Positions 25,871 to 37,838 of a DNA stretch of 64,000 nucleotides are shown piece by piece (positions within the stretch are counted from its first letter, which is position 1; the number at the start of each line of letters is the position of its first letter). A program made the position numbers and the translations under genes. Source of the DNA: Takakia lepidozioides (Eukaryota; Plantae; Bryophyta); assembly GCA_030704615.1 (NCBI GenBank), contig CM060734.1, positions 17,484,001 through 17,548,000 of the forward strand. Direction: 5' to 3'. A model generated the notes under the pieces. That model did not search any database, was not told the origin of the DNA, and worked only from the letters and a program-made list of their open reading frames with translations.

Positions 25871-26904
25871 CGTGATGAAAACTCACAATCCAACCGGTTG
25901 TCAACCTGTCTCTAATCCCCACTTTCTACAAGATAACCGGGTAGAGAACCTGTTGCGGCCTATGGCTTAGACTAGTACCACGTTTGTAACATAAACCTAC
26001 ACCTGCACCTGCATCCACCGCAAGCACTCATATGGTCTGCTGGTCATCAACCCAGCCTCACCATAAGAGAAACAATGATGGTCTGACTGGTCATCACCCC
26101 AACCTCACCACCGACAACACGCTCTAGGATTGGCCGGTGATCAAATCCAGACCAACCTCCTATGAAAACAAGCGCCCATACAAAACTGACATGGCACACA
26201 ATCAAGCATGCAGGTGTGGAGGCGATCCAAACACAAGAAAATCAAGACAGTAACTCCCCCACACAAAAAAAAAACACTCCACAGTGTCGCTCCTTCAAAG
26301 ACACCCCAGCCCAAACCTGGACTGACTCTTGCGTCCACCTACGGAAAGGTTTTGGCCTACATAGAGGGTGGAAGACTACGGGGAAGAGAAACTAAAGCAA
26401 TTCCTAATCCCAAAATGCTCTCATCCCGCTAGTCTCCCCCCATCTCTAAACGCTCTTGCTCATGACCAACAGACATAACTACCTTCCAGGGTCTCTCAAA
26501 TAACTCTCCCAGAGCCCTCAAGATGTCTCTCAAACAATCTCACTAAGGCCCCCAAAGCCTGCCAAATCTTGGCCCTCAAGGACCCCAAAAATTCCTTCAG
26601 ACAAGTCGCCAAAGACTCCTTAAGCTCGCCAAATATTAGCCTCCAAGGACCCCAAAATAGTCCACCAAATAGCCCTCCAAAAGCTCCAAATATTTGCCAA
26701 ATATTGGTCTTCAAGGACCCCCAATAGTCCTCCAAACACCCCTTCAAGAGCTCTTCAATGTGTCTTACAAAAGCTCCTCAAAGTGTAATCCAAAGGCTCC
26801 TCAAATGGCCCCCCAAAGATCCTCCAAAGGCAATACTCCTCCAGATACACCCTATATGTCATACACTTTTAATGAAAACGTATGGCAGGCAAAGTCCCTC
26901 CACT

Positions 26905-27090
26905 TGTATCCATACACTGTTCACAAAAAAAGTATGGTGGGGCAGAGGGAGCCCATACACTGTTCACAAAAACGTATGTTGGGCAGAGGGGGCCCATACA
27001 CTGTTCACAAAAGTGTATGTTGGGCAGAAGGGTTCCATACATTGTTCAAAAAAGTGTATGGTGGGGCAGAGGGAGCCCATACACAGTTTC
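26905..27090. repeat. ~35-bp tandem repeat in the gypsy leader
   Basis: About five ccatacactgttcacaaaa..gtatg..gggcagaggg units. Confidence 0.8.
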
Positions 27091-27270
27091 TTGAAGAGTA
27101 TGGAGACTAGGGTTTGTAGAGTATAGTAAGAAACACCTTCTTCATGGTATCTTCCCCCCTAACATGCATGCAAGATTGCATTATCTTACTTTGCAATGCA
27201 TTCATCCCAAATTGACAAGTTCCTCTTGATCTCCTTGGAACTCATAGCAAGCTAATGTGCCCAATGACAA

Positions 27271-27928
27271 GAGCTCCTATTCTGTCAGTAAACAGCTCAA
27301 TTCCATCAGTGACAAAGGTCAACGAAGGTCAGCACGAACATTTGTCCTTGCCCAACGAACCTGCCCAAAAACTACACCTTCGACTAACGAAGGTGACAAC
27401 ATTCGCTCAGCCATGGTGCTTCCAAAAATTATCATTTTTCCCCACTTCACCCCGAACCTTCGTCCATCGAAGGTGGAGGATGATATAGCAATGTAAATTT
27501 TATTTTAATTAATTAAAATAATTATAATTATAATTATTATAATTTAAAAAATCATTTTCCCCAAATTCACCCTGATCATCTTCTTCATCCTCCACCTTTG
27601 GCCAACGAAGGTGTTCTCCGCGGCCATCTAGCCTACGACTGCTGTCCTTCAAGTCCACAACTCATACCTAGCCTTCTGTGATAATTAAAGGGTTTTGTAT
27701 TTTACCTTGTTAGGTCTCGACGTTAGTTATCTGATGATGACAAGCAATATAGTGTTGTTGTCATTCATTTCCTACTGGAAAACGACTATCATTCAGTTTT
27801 GGATTTACAGGCAGCCCAAGAAAAAAATATTTTGGACGACCCTTTGCCACGTGGCCATTTTTTGTGTGTCCACGTCATACTGATGGCTGATGGCTGATGG
27901 CTGATGGCTGACAAAATAGCAATCCCCC
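27271..27928. mobile_element. Non-autonomous MULE-like insertion in the copy B leader
   Basis: Absent from copy C. Flanked by duplicated ccaatgacaa (9-11-bp TSD). Imperfect TIRs (ctattctgtcag / ctgacaaaatag). Confidence 0.8.
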
Positions 27929-29231
27929 CCAATGACAAGCGCCAAGCTTGCTTGAATTTGAATTTTGTATGTCATCTTCCATGTGCTTTCCCTTACATGG
28001 GCTAGTCACACACACTTCCACCTCTTGACCTAGGTGTTGTCTTCATTCATCATAATGTGTATCCACACCTCTATTCAAGAGCTCATCTTCTCAAACTTGA
28101 AGTCACAAGCCCTAAAGAGCATGCTCTACATAAGCATCACTTGCTTGATCAACCATCCACCACAAAACTTAAGCAAAAAGAAAATGAATACATGAGCTTC
28201 ACCTTCCCCTTCCTTGTCTTGTCACATGCTAATGTATGGTTGAAGTTGCTATGCATGCCGTGAGCCACAATCTCTTTTCTTCACGAAGACCACCTCCAAT
28301 GATCTCCCACATGTGCTCCAAGCTCTTCAATACTCTAGGCTTGGTTTCACATCATCATGGATAGAATTCTCACCCACATGCTTCCCTTTGGAGTCATCTT
28401 GAGCTTCTTGATGCTCTCTAAGTGGTTGCTTTTGTTGTCTTCAAGCCCTAGCCTATGTAGCTCCTTGGCTTTTCTTCCACAACATGCACCACCTCATACA
28501 CAAGGAATGAACTTGCTCACTTCACCTTCTAGCTCTCCTCAAGCTTGAATTGGAAGCCACACTTGGAAAGCATGCTCCACACATGCGCCACTTGCTTGGT
28601 CAATCACTTGCTTCACCGAGAGCAATCCAAGAACTCATAGAACTAGCAAAAGCACTCCCTTCTAGCGCCGCCTTCGCTTGTTTGTTTGTCAACCAAATGA
28701 AACCCCACTTGGCTTCATTTCACCATGGATAGAACAACCACTTCTTAGCTTCTCTTGAGCTACTCAATGTTCCTCAAGCTACCCTTGTTGTACTCCTTCT
28801 ATGGTGTTTCCAACCCAAGCATGTGCCGATCTTTGGCTTCTCTTTCACACCATGAACAAGTACTAGAGCTTGCTCTTGAAACCCTAGTGTCTATCTTCTC
28901 CACACACAAGACGCTTCTCTTGTGATGCAAGAGCTCTTTTCCAAGCTCTCAAACCCTTAGTGCACATACAAGCACTTACCTTGCAAAACCATGCAAGCTT
29001 TTTGATACAAGAGCTCTCTCCTTAAGCTCTCCACCTTTGCAAAGTCTTGTAACTCAAGAGCCCTCTCCTTGAGCTCTCTACCTCTTTGATGCAATGCAAA
29101 AACACTCCTCCTTGCAACACCTTACAAGCCTTGTGAGATACTTGAGCACTCCTAGCTCTCTCACTCCTTGGTGTACACCAACACAAGTGCTAAAACTAAT
29201 CCTTACACTCCGCACTCACAAGCGTAAGGTG

Positions 29232-29243
29232 ATCTTCTTGTAG
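29232..29243 (-). promoter_or_regulatory. Self-priming (Tf1-type) primer-binding site
   Basis: CTACAAGAAGAT directly follows A1 and is the exact complement of ATCTTCTTGTAG inside A (29418-29429; 18062-18073). No TGG tRNA-type PBS is present. The same site occurs in copy C at 15310-15323. Confidence 0.7.
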
Positions 29244-29565
29244 TGATAATGGAAGTGAACACACAATGGAAACACTCCACTCATGAATCCACTCAATCAC
29301 ATAAACTAAGTCAAGCCAAAGGCACCTTTGCTAAAGGAATCCACCTTACAAAGCCCACACCACACTCCCTCTCAATACCTAGAGCTATGAAGGTGGGAGA
29401 GGCTCATGGAGGCTCAACTACAAGAAGATGAGCCTCCTCCAGGCTCGACACCTCACTTGACATGTGAGACCCAATGAAGTCCAACACACAAAATATAAAT
29501 ATAAATATCTAAAATAAATAACTAGAAGTAGGTAATTCTAGATAACCATGACTAAAACCATGACA
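29244..29565 (-). repeat. 5' terminal repeat A1 (~320 bp)
   Basis: Direct repeat of A2 with small indels. Confidence 0.9.
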
Positions 29566-32563
29566 TCCGGATTTGATCACCGGCCAATCCTAGAGCGTGT
29601 TGTCGGTGGTGAGGCTGGGATGATGACCAGTCAGACCATCATTATTTCTCTTATGGTGAGGCTGGGTTGATGACCAGCAGACCATAGGAGTGCTTGCGGT
29701 GGATGCAGGTGCAGGTCATGCAGGTTTACGTTAGAAACCTAGTATTCTAAACCGTAAGCCGCAACAGATTCTCTACCCGGTTACCTTGTAGAAAGGGGGA
29801 TTAGAGACAGGTTTACAACCGGCGTGGTTGTGAGTTTTCATCACGGAGGTGCCACCAGTTGCTGAGGGGAGTGCCGGTGCGAGCACTAGTGATACTAGTG
29901 GGTACACAAGACGAGGTGTACAGTTTAGGCCACCTTCACCTTCAGTGTCTTCTGAGGAAGGTTCAGACTCGGAGTCATGAGGATTTTCGCCAAGGGTGCA
30001 AGCCATTTCTGTACCATTGTTGTGGGATACGATGGAGGAGATGTATGGAGCTACCAAGGGGCCTCGTAGGTACTCTAGAGCTGTGGGCACCATCGAGCTT
30101 GATGATTTCATACAAGAGTTTGATAGTTGGTGCAATTTGCAGCAGATGCGCAATCCACAACTGTTTACGCCTTTTATGGCGTGGAAGGGGCTATTCCAGC
30201 ACCTTGAGGGGCCGCCCATGGACGACTACCATGAATTTAGGTGGGGAAATGAGATGGAGATTGAGGAATGACGACAATATTGGTCACTTGACTATGTCTC
30301 CATCACCAGCGGCACACTAGCAAGATCCACGGCAACTATGACCGCAGCTACACCAGCGGCTTCTGCAAGCAGCAGTGGAACAAGTGGGTCAGGATCAGCT
30401 GGGACATCCACTGCAGCTCCTGCCGTTGCACCAATACATGTGTCTGCCTTCAATCCGATTGTGGAGTTCTTCGAAGAGTTGAGAATAAACTACCAGGGGG
30501 TGATAACAGAGAAGTTGCGGAGCTTGCAAGAGTTCCAACGAAAGCCTACTGAGAGTATGAGGGAGGCTTACACTCGCATGAGGCGCTTGATAAGTGTAAC
30601 CCAAGGGGTTACGGAAGCTCAGGCAGTCCAATTCTGGTATGGGATATTGGATAAGGAGCTGAGGAGAAGGGTACGGGATGCAACTCTCCTACAAGTGGCC
30701 CAACCCACCCTATCAAATGTTTTTTTGCTAGCAGAACGGATAGAGTTCAACATGGTGGAGGAGCGGGTGGTTATGGTGGGGTTTGGCAAGAAGACACGAC
30801 AAAGTGGGGCTCCTAGCCAACAACAACAACCAACTCCCCAACGTGCTCAAGGCAACAAGGGGGCTCAGACAAAGCCCAGGGAAGGTCAGAGAGGATCTCA
30901 GTCGATGCAAAGGTATCTTCCTTCATTCTCAGGCCAGCAACAGACGAGTGTGTCATGTTGGGATTGTGGAGGACCCCATGTCAAGAAGGATTGCCCGGAG
31001 AGAGGCAAAGGGCCGACACAGGCACAGCCTACACAATTACAGTGTGGGCATTGCATGGCAAGTACGGGCATGAGGAGGCCCATTATTATGACCTGCATCC
31101 TGATCTACGACCAGGCCAGTTCCAAGGGAACAATGGTGGCCGAGGACGAGGCAATGTAGTCCAGAGAGGTAGAGGAGGCAGAGGTCGTGGTGGAGGTCGT
31201 AACCAACACCAAAGAGCACAGGGTCAGGGTCAAGGTCATGACCAATGCATGGTGGATAGACTTGCCCAACTAGAGCAACGTCTTGCTGCCATGGCCACTA
31301 CTCATGTTGCGCCAGCTCCAAGGCCTGAGGTTCAAGCTCCACCTACACAACCTCCTAAGCCTACGGAAGACCAAATTGATATGGGCTTCATATGTGGAGC
31401 CGCACTTGCAGGGCCATTGCATGTATTGGACTTTGCTGCTGCTGTCACTCGAGTAGCAACGCATGCTCCTGAGCCAAGAGGAGCGGATGGGATTTTGATC
31501 CACAAAAGGGGGAAGCAAGTCGTCAGACAAGGCTTCTACAGTCCTTTACATTGGCTGAGACATTGCCACCTACGTCATCAATGTTACCCGCTCGCCTAAG
31601 TGTGTCAGAGGTAGAGCCACGAGTGTCATTGGGGAGAGTTGGTGTGGCTCAGGAAATGCCAGTGGGTGGTGTTACAAAGCAAGGTGCAGCCAGTACATTG
31701 TTGGGGGCGGCTACGGCGGTTTGCCAAGCTCCATTGTTTCCTGCAATGACCATTACAATGCCGGGGATTCGGCCAGCTGCTGTGTTTAGACTAGCAGCTA
31801 GACTCTGTGAGAGTGGTGATGCATCGGCACTATCTGCGGGGATAGCAGATAAGGTGCAGTCTATGGATGCCTTAGATTTGAGGGTGAAGTCAGCCACAGC
31901 TGTGCCATGACAAGCGGCAGTGCACGGTTGTAGGAGTTGCCAACTAGGCCAGCCATTGAGCGCAGCATGGTGACTCCTAGGGTAGTCCTGGTGGACAATC
32001 CAGATGGAGTGTTTCAATTGGGTGGCCCAACCGGGAGGAGGTATAGGTCACTACGAGTCTTGTTGGACTCGGGAGCTCAACCAATGATGTTGGGGAGAGC
32101 GGCAATTGCAGGTTTGGGCCTTACAGAGGCGGATTTGGAGCCTTGCCCTTTCCAGATTCAGACGTCTTTAGGTGATTCAGAGATGGCGCAAGGGATCATA
32201 CGCCATGAACTTTTCATTCGACTACAGCCAGATCATCCTACGGATGGCTCAGTCATGAGAGCCAAAGCCATTGTTATGGACGCGATGTCATATGATGTGC
32301 TTGTTGGTGGGGCAGTGTTGTACCCCATGGGATTTACTTTGGATTTTTGGGAGGAAATGGCATCCTACAGGCCGGAGTGGCAGTCAGGGGATGGCCGACA
32401 TGCACTGCTTCCAGTGCGATTTATTGGGAATGTAGCGGTGGATCATAGGAACATGATGCCCACATTGGTTGCATTCTCAGAGGTGGTGGCTTGGGGTGGT
32501 GAGCTCTTGGAGGGCAATAGCCATGCAGATGATAGGCCACCACCTGATGAGGACAAGCAATTG
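29566..32563 (+). mobile_element. DNMT-gypsy copy C, 3' part (gag, protease), truncated before DNMT
   Basis: gag ~29850-31300, VLLDSGA ~32060. Homology to copy B stops at PPPDEDKQL. Confidence 0.9.
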
Positions 32564-32564
32564 A

Positions 32565-32832
32565 GTGGGGCAAGTTCCTCGGAGGGTGTAAGAGAGTAGT
32601 GCCCATTCCGGCTATGACAGTTAGGACACACTTGTATAGATGTGGCTTGCCACAAAAATTGCAATAAAATGTTGCATTTCATTGCTATGACGAGTCCACT
32701 GGTGCCACATTCCAACTTCACGTGACCCTATTTCCGTGCCTCCTAACCCTATTTCCGTGGACACACAATGGTCCGCTCATGCTTTTTTTTTTTCCGCTCA
32801 TGCTCATGCCACTCATGAAATAGCAGCCCCCC
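32565..32832. mobile_element. Right end (TIR) of a MULE-like element, fused to a piece homologous to 57308-57350
   Basis: ...ctcatgaaatagcagcccccc is the reverse complement of the ends at 37378 and 43533. Confidence 0.7.
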
Positions 32833-33749
32833 CTCCACTTTCATTCGTTCAAAATCCTTCTCTTCCATCTCTTTTGTGCAAATCCAACGGAACAAGTCCC
32901 CCAGTCGAGACGAACATCTTTTCTTATATAAAGAGTATTTGATCCTAAATTCAAATCAATTTCCCCCCTTGGTTCCTGGTCTTTTCAGTTTTTAATCTTT
33001 CAGGGGTGTATAGAATCCAGCCCACCTTTGGTTGTAAGGTTATGTCTTTTTTTGTCTCACTTTGTCTTTTTATGGGTTTTTCAGTTACGTGTTTTGGATT
33101 TTTAAACTATCTCTTGGCTGAGTTGACACAGAAACTGAGTCCACCTGTAGCAAAAAATTGCTCGTCGGATAAGTGCATGTCACTTACCTTGTCGTCCCCT
33201 ACAGCAAGATCAGTCACGGGGGTCGCTACCTGGTGGTGATTCATTTGAGTAGAGAAGTGTTGAGCGAGGAGAGAGATGGCAGAGGGTTTGATGCTACAGG
33301 GTGACTTGTCTGTCTGGCGTGGGTGCTTGCGAATACAACCAGGTTGCTTTTGAATGCTATAGGACTTAGAACTAGACATACATAGTGATGCCCTGAATTG
33401 GGAGAAAGATAGAGAAACTGTTGGGAGGAGAGTGTGTTCAACGTGAGGGGAGCCAGGAGTAGATGAGTTCTTGTGGCTAGTGTTGTGGGGATAAATAGGA
33501 AGGGCGCATTAATCATGGCGGCTGGTATGAGGGGGCAGTTTATAACGCAGGGGTGGTAGCTGTTATTGTAGTGCCGGCTTGGGCATCGGAGGGGTTTAAG
33601 TGTGGCCATTAGCAGAGTACGCAACGACAACATTTGTCTCTTATTAACATGATGGAGGGGATGGGGGAGTTTAATCCTTGTGCAGGGTGATGTGGTGGCG
33701 CCATCAGTGGGAAGCAGACGGGGAGTGGTTTGTGTGCAGAAGGCCTCCT

Positions 33750-35436
33750 CATCCCCCTCATCCCCCTCATCCTCCGAGCTCTGTGATGCATCAGTTCCAC
33801 TATGCCTCTCAAGAATTCCGTCCTCTCCTTGGGGGATTGTCCACCTCACCTCCTGGGAATCTTCTGCCTCTTCTCCCCCACTTTCCTCAACAGAATCCAA
33901 GACAAATCTACGAGCCTGACGGGCTCTAATAGCTGCTGCCTCCTCCTTCATCTTCATTTTCTTGAGGCTTGCCTCGTCTAAAATCTGCAGTACACGACTA
34001 GGTTCGGAAGACCTCCTAATGGACACCGAAGCAAGCCGGGCAACATAAGTAGGAAGGAAGTAGTCCCTTTCTAGACTCGACATGAAATCCCCCCTGGAAA
34101 AAAAAAGCATGTTCCTCCTACCCATGAACTGCGGTGTAGACGTCCCTCCTGCAGTACTTGGCATCCTGTAGTAAGAACAAATCCACTTTAAGAATGTCAA
34201 TACCAACAGAAGCCAAAAATGGTCTTTCAATGAAATAAGAGAGCAAAGGGAGGTGCCTCACAGAATCAAGAAGCAACTTACAATGCAACCACTCACTCGT
34301 AAACCAGGGGCTCATCGGCCTCGATCCCAACTTGTACGTCCCCCACCTCCTTCTCAGATTCTTCCTCATCCTCCGAGGATGCCTCTTCCTCTTTCGGCAG
34401 ACGTTCAGCCGCTGCAAGTTCAGAGTTGTGGAGGGCAGTATCTGGCTCGAAGGCGAAGACATGCCTGTCGGACAACGTCCCTGCCCACATTGAAGCACCT
34501 GAGGGACAAAGCGGGTGGTTAGTAGCATGCGGCATGCAATTGCAATCGGGGCAGGGGACAAAATGTGCACATGAAGGCTTACCCGTGCCGCATGTGAGGT
34601 CAAGAATCTGCCCTTGGACATCCGAGCACGTCTCTATGAGGGTTTGGATGAAAGCAGGGCTCCGGGTCCGGTTGTACCGCCACGGTTTGCCTGTCTTTGT
34701 GTCCGTCGGCATACTAGATTGGGGCACATAGTTGTAGAGGACATCGTAGGTAACAGGGTCCACAGCGGCATCAACAAGACGACCGTCATTGCGGAATTTG
34801 AACGTAGACCCTCTCTTCACAAAACAATATACCTCAAACACCAATGTCTGCACATCCAGCAAAAGAGGGATCCACTCCAAGGTCTAGTTTAGATACACCA
34901 CAATATGAAGTGAATGCAATAGATTGATAACTTACACTCTGGCCCTCTGTTTGCAACCCCTGCGTATTGATGCAGAACCATTTTTTCAAGAGGACCGGGG
35001 TGACACTTTTAGGTGTCCACCTTGCCACAACATTCTCTGTGGTCTTCCCTCTTGTGGCAAGGACCACCATACATCCACCGTCATCCAGGAGCATCCCCGC
35101 CAGCCCAAACCCGGCTCTCCAGTAGTCCTCCGTAAATCTGTTCCAGGTGGGCACACCATCCAGGCCCTCCAGCGGCTCCCCCTGGAATATCGAGGAGAAT
35201 CATATTGCAGGCTCTCTCCACCTCAACCTCCCCCCCCCCCCCCCCCCGAGTGCTCTTGCAATCCGTGCTCACAGCCATGAAGAATTCCATCATGGCTTCC
35301 AAACCAGGGGTGTCTTTAGGCTCTGTAGCAGCAGCCCTATTCTAGGCTTTCCCCTTCAGCTCCTCCAGAGACTTGTTGTGTGCCACCTTCTTCGCCCTGG
35401 CAGCCAGAGTGTCAAGAAAGCTCTCATTGATGCATT
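33750..35436 (-). pseudogene. Spliced beta-class amino-methyltransferase (N4-cytosine/N6-adenine)-like gene with acidic C-terminal exon
   Basis: Motif order IV then X-I: ILLDIPGG, LLDDGG, then RSPAFIQTLIETCSDVQGQILDLTCGTG|ASMWAGTLSDRHVFAFE. GT-AG introns at about 34935-34849, 34583-34500 and 34296-34166. Frameshift in a G run near 35180 and a stop near 35342. Confidence 0.72.
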
Positions 35437-36251
35437 GACCCCTTCATAAGGTTTCCCCCTCTTCAAAGTAGATTCCAACCCCCGGATAGTTTTGCCATAG
35501 GGGCTGGAAATGCCTACTTCCTCGCCTTTCCATGTTTAAGGATCAATAAATGGGTGTCATGGATCAGCAAACAGGGATAAGAGAACACTGTACAAACCCA
35601 CTCCAGACAAGTGTAACGCAGGATGGTAGCAACCTTCTATACACCGTCCTGGTTTTAAGGCCAGTTTTTCCAAAGGTATGATAAGCACTAGCATATTACA
35701 TATGCATATTTGCTTAGTGGTGCTACATAGAGCAAAGCCACTTGTAGAGAGGTATGAAAGCATATGAGCCTAAGAGTGTCTAAAACTGAAACAAGGCATC
35801 AGCTACAGGATACCATCTAACACAAGTAGTGTGCATTGACTGGATCATGTAGAAGGTATACACACACTCCTGCAGGTGGTTTTACCTGGGCCTAGCTCAA
35901 TATATCAATATGAAGACAACATCCAAAAGCATTATGCTTACCTTAAAGACCTCCGTGCTTAGAATCACCAACAAGTTTTTGCTGGAGGACATACCTTATG
36001 AAGGTCATTGCTCCGTATCTTTGTCGTGGAGGGACCTTCTGCCAGGCCAAAAAAAAACCATGTTAGTATATCAACATGATGAAGAAATAACCAGAAAGGA
36101 AAGTGGTAGATGGTGTGTACAAGAACCACCGAGTAGAAGATACTCATGTCATGTCAAGACATGGACAAGACCCACTAGGGTCATCGTCAATTGACATAAA
36201 CAACCCATAAACAGGGTTGAGGGTTCATGGGCACGAAGCAGCAGACAAGGT
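35437..36251 (-). repeat. Left arm of an ~810-bp inverted repeat (Penelope-associated sequence)
   Basis: Near-identical reverse complement of 36527-37340; mirrored ORFs in the ORF track. Confidence 0.9.
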
Positions 36252-36526
36252 GAAAAATGCAGCTTATGATGGCCCTGGAGATTTGTTTAATTACCCTTAA
36301 TTATGGCTAATTAAGGAGTGAAACCCTAACCCCTACCCTATAACCCATTGTTTAAACCTAGCTAACGGATGACATCCGTCGGGTTTCGAGATAAGGGGTT
36401 TTGATTATTCATCCTGCACGGATGAAAAATCGGGCTTTGCCCTAGGGTGTCTCTCCCGCCGTCAGCAGCACTCCTCGTGCTTCTGAGCTCGCGGGTTGAG
36501 AGTTATGGCGTCCGAGCTCTGCTGCT

Positions 36527-37374
36527 ACCCTGTCTGCTGCTTCGTGCCCATGACCCTAAACCCTGTTTATGGGCTGTTTATGTCAATTGACAATGACCCT
36601 AGTGGGTCTTGTCCATGTCTTGACATGACATGAGTATCTTCTACTCGGTGGTTCTTGTACACACCATCTACCACTTTCCTTTCTGGTTATTTCTTCATCA
36701 TGTTGATATACTAGCATGGTTTTTTTTTGGCCTGGCAGAAGGTCCCTCCACGACAAAGATACGGAGCAATGACCTTCATAAGGTATGTCCTCCAGCAAAA
36801 ACTTGTTGGTGATTTTAAGCACGGAGGTCTTTAAGGTAAGCATAATGCTTTTGGATGTTGTCTTCATATTGATATATTGAGCTAGGCCCAGGTAAAACCA
36901 CCTGCAGGAGTGTGTGTATACCTTCTACATGATCCGGTCAATGCACACTACTCGTGTTAGATGGTATCCTGTAGCTGATGCCTTGTATCAGTTTTAGACA
37001 CTCTTAGGCTCATATGCTTTCATACCTCTCTACAAGTGGCTTTGCTCTATGTAGCACCACTAAGCAAATATGCATATGTAATGTGCTAGTGCTTATCATA
37101 CCTTTGGAAAAACTGGCCTTAAAACCAGGACGGTGTATAGCAGGTTGCTACCATCTTGCGTTACACTTGTCTGGAGTGGGTTTGTACAGTGTTCTCTTAT
37201 CCCTGTTTGCTGATCCATGACACCCATTTATTGATCCTTAAACATGGAAAGGCGAGGAAGTAGGCATTTCCAGCCCCTATGGCAAAACTATCCGGGGGTT
37301 GGAATCTACTTTGAAGAGGGAGAAACCTTATGAAGGGGTCTGGTATGCACTCCCTTACGGGGTGAGTGCATAAC
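36527..37374 (+). mobile_element. Right arm: non-autonomous element sharing its 3' end with the Penelope-like RT element
   Basis: The last ~130 bp, including the hairpin at 37341-37374, match the reverse complement of ~41578-41710. Confidence 0.7.
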
Positions 37375-37377
37375 ACA

Positions 37378-37520
37378 GGGGGCTGCTATTTCATGAGCCA
37401 TGAGCCATGAGCCATGAGCCATGAGCAGAGTCGTAAGTGTCGAAAAAAACATGAGCAGGACTATTTTCCGGAAATGAGTGTCCGCGGGAATAGGGTTTAG
37501 GGTGTCACGGTCATAGGGGG
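37378..37520. mobile_element. Left TIR of a MULE-like element
   Basis: GGGGGCTGCTATTTCATGAG followed by (ccatgag)n. Same family as the ends at 32832 and 43533. Confidence 0.7.
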
Positions 37521-37838
37521 AGAAGGACCTCCCGATGAAGGAGGTTCGGCAATGTTTTTTAGAATTACATATTGAAAGGCAATGTTTTGCGAATGGTAGG
37601 GTGGTACTGATCTGTACAATGGGGGCCCATTTCAGCCTACCAGCCACTTGCAAAATCCACCCACACTCCCAATCCCAAACGAAATGAGGAATGACGCATT
37701 TTGGGAACGATGGATACAGAATAGAACAAAAAGAGGGCACAATGGGATTTTTATTGATCCACATGAATTGCATTTGAAGCATGTCTACTGTGCTGATTGT
37801 GCAAACAAATCTTTAGCCCTGTGCCTTCTGAATACAAG

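Larger units (their letters stand above)
17814..29565 (-). mobile_element. Full-length but decayed Ty3/gypsy retrotransposon: gag-PR-DNMT-RT-RH-IN-PHD, split direct repeats (copy B)
   Basis: TGTCATG...CACGACA termini, TSD TCCG (17810-17813 and 29566-29569), all pol domains in gypsy order. Confidence 0.93.

Noticed and set aside
26130-26165. Possible tRNA PBS (taggaggttggtctggatttga) implying a 3.4-kb LTR
   Set aside because: It lacks TGG, differs in copy A, and the 3.4-kb region is not repeated at the 3' end.
17814-29565. DIRS/Ngaro classification suggested by split repeats and a methyltransferase
   Set aside because: The element has a protease, a DDE integrase, a PPT, TG..CA ends and a TSD. 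No tyrosine recombinase motif was seen, and the MTase is C5 type.
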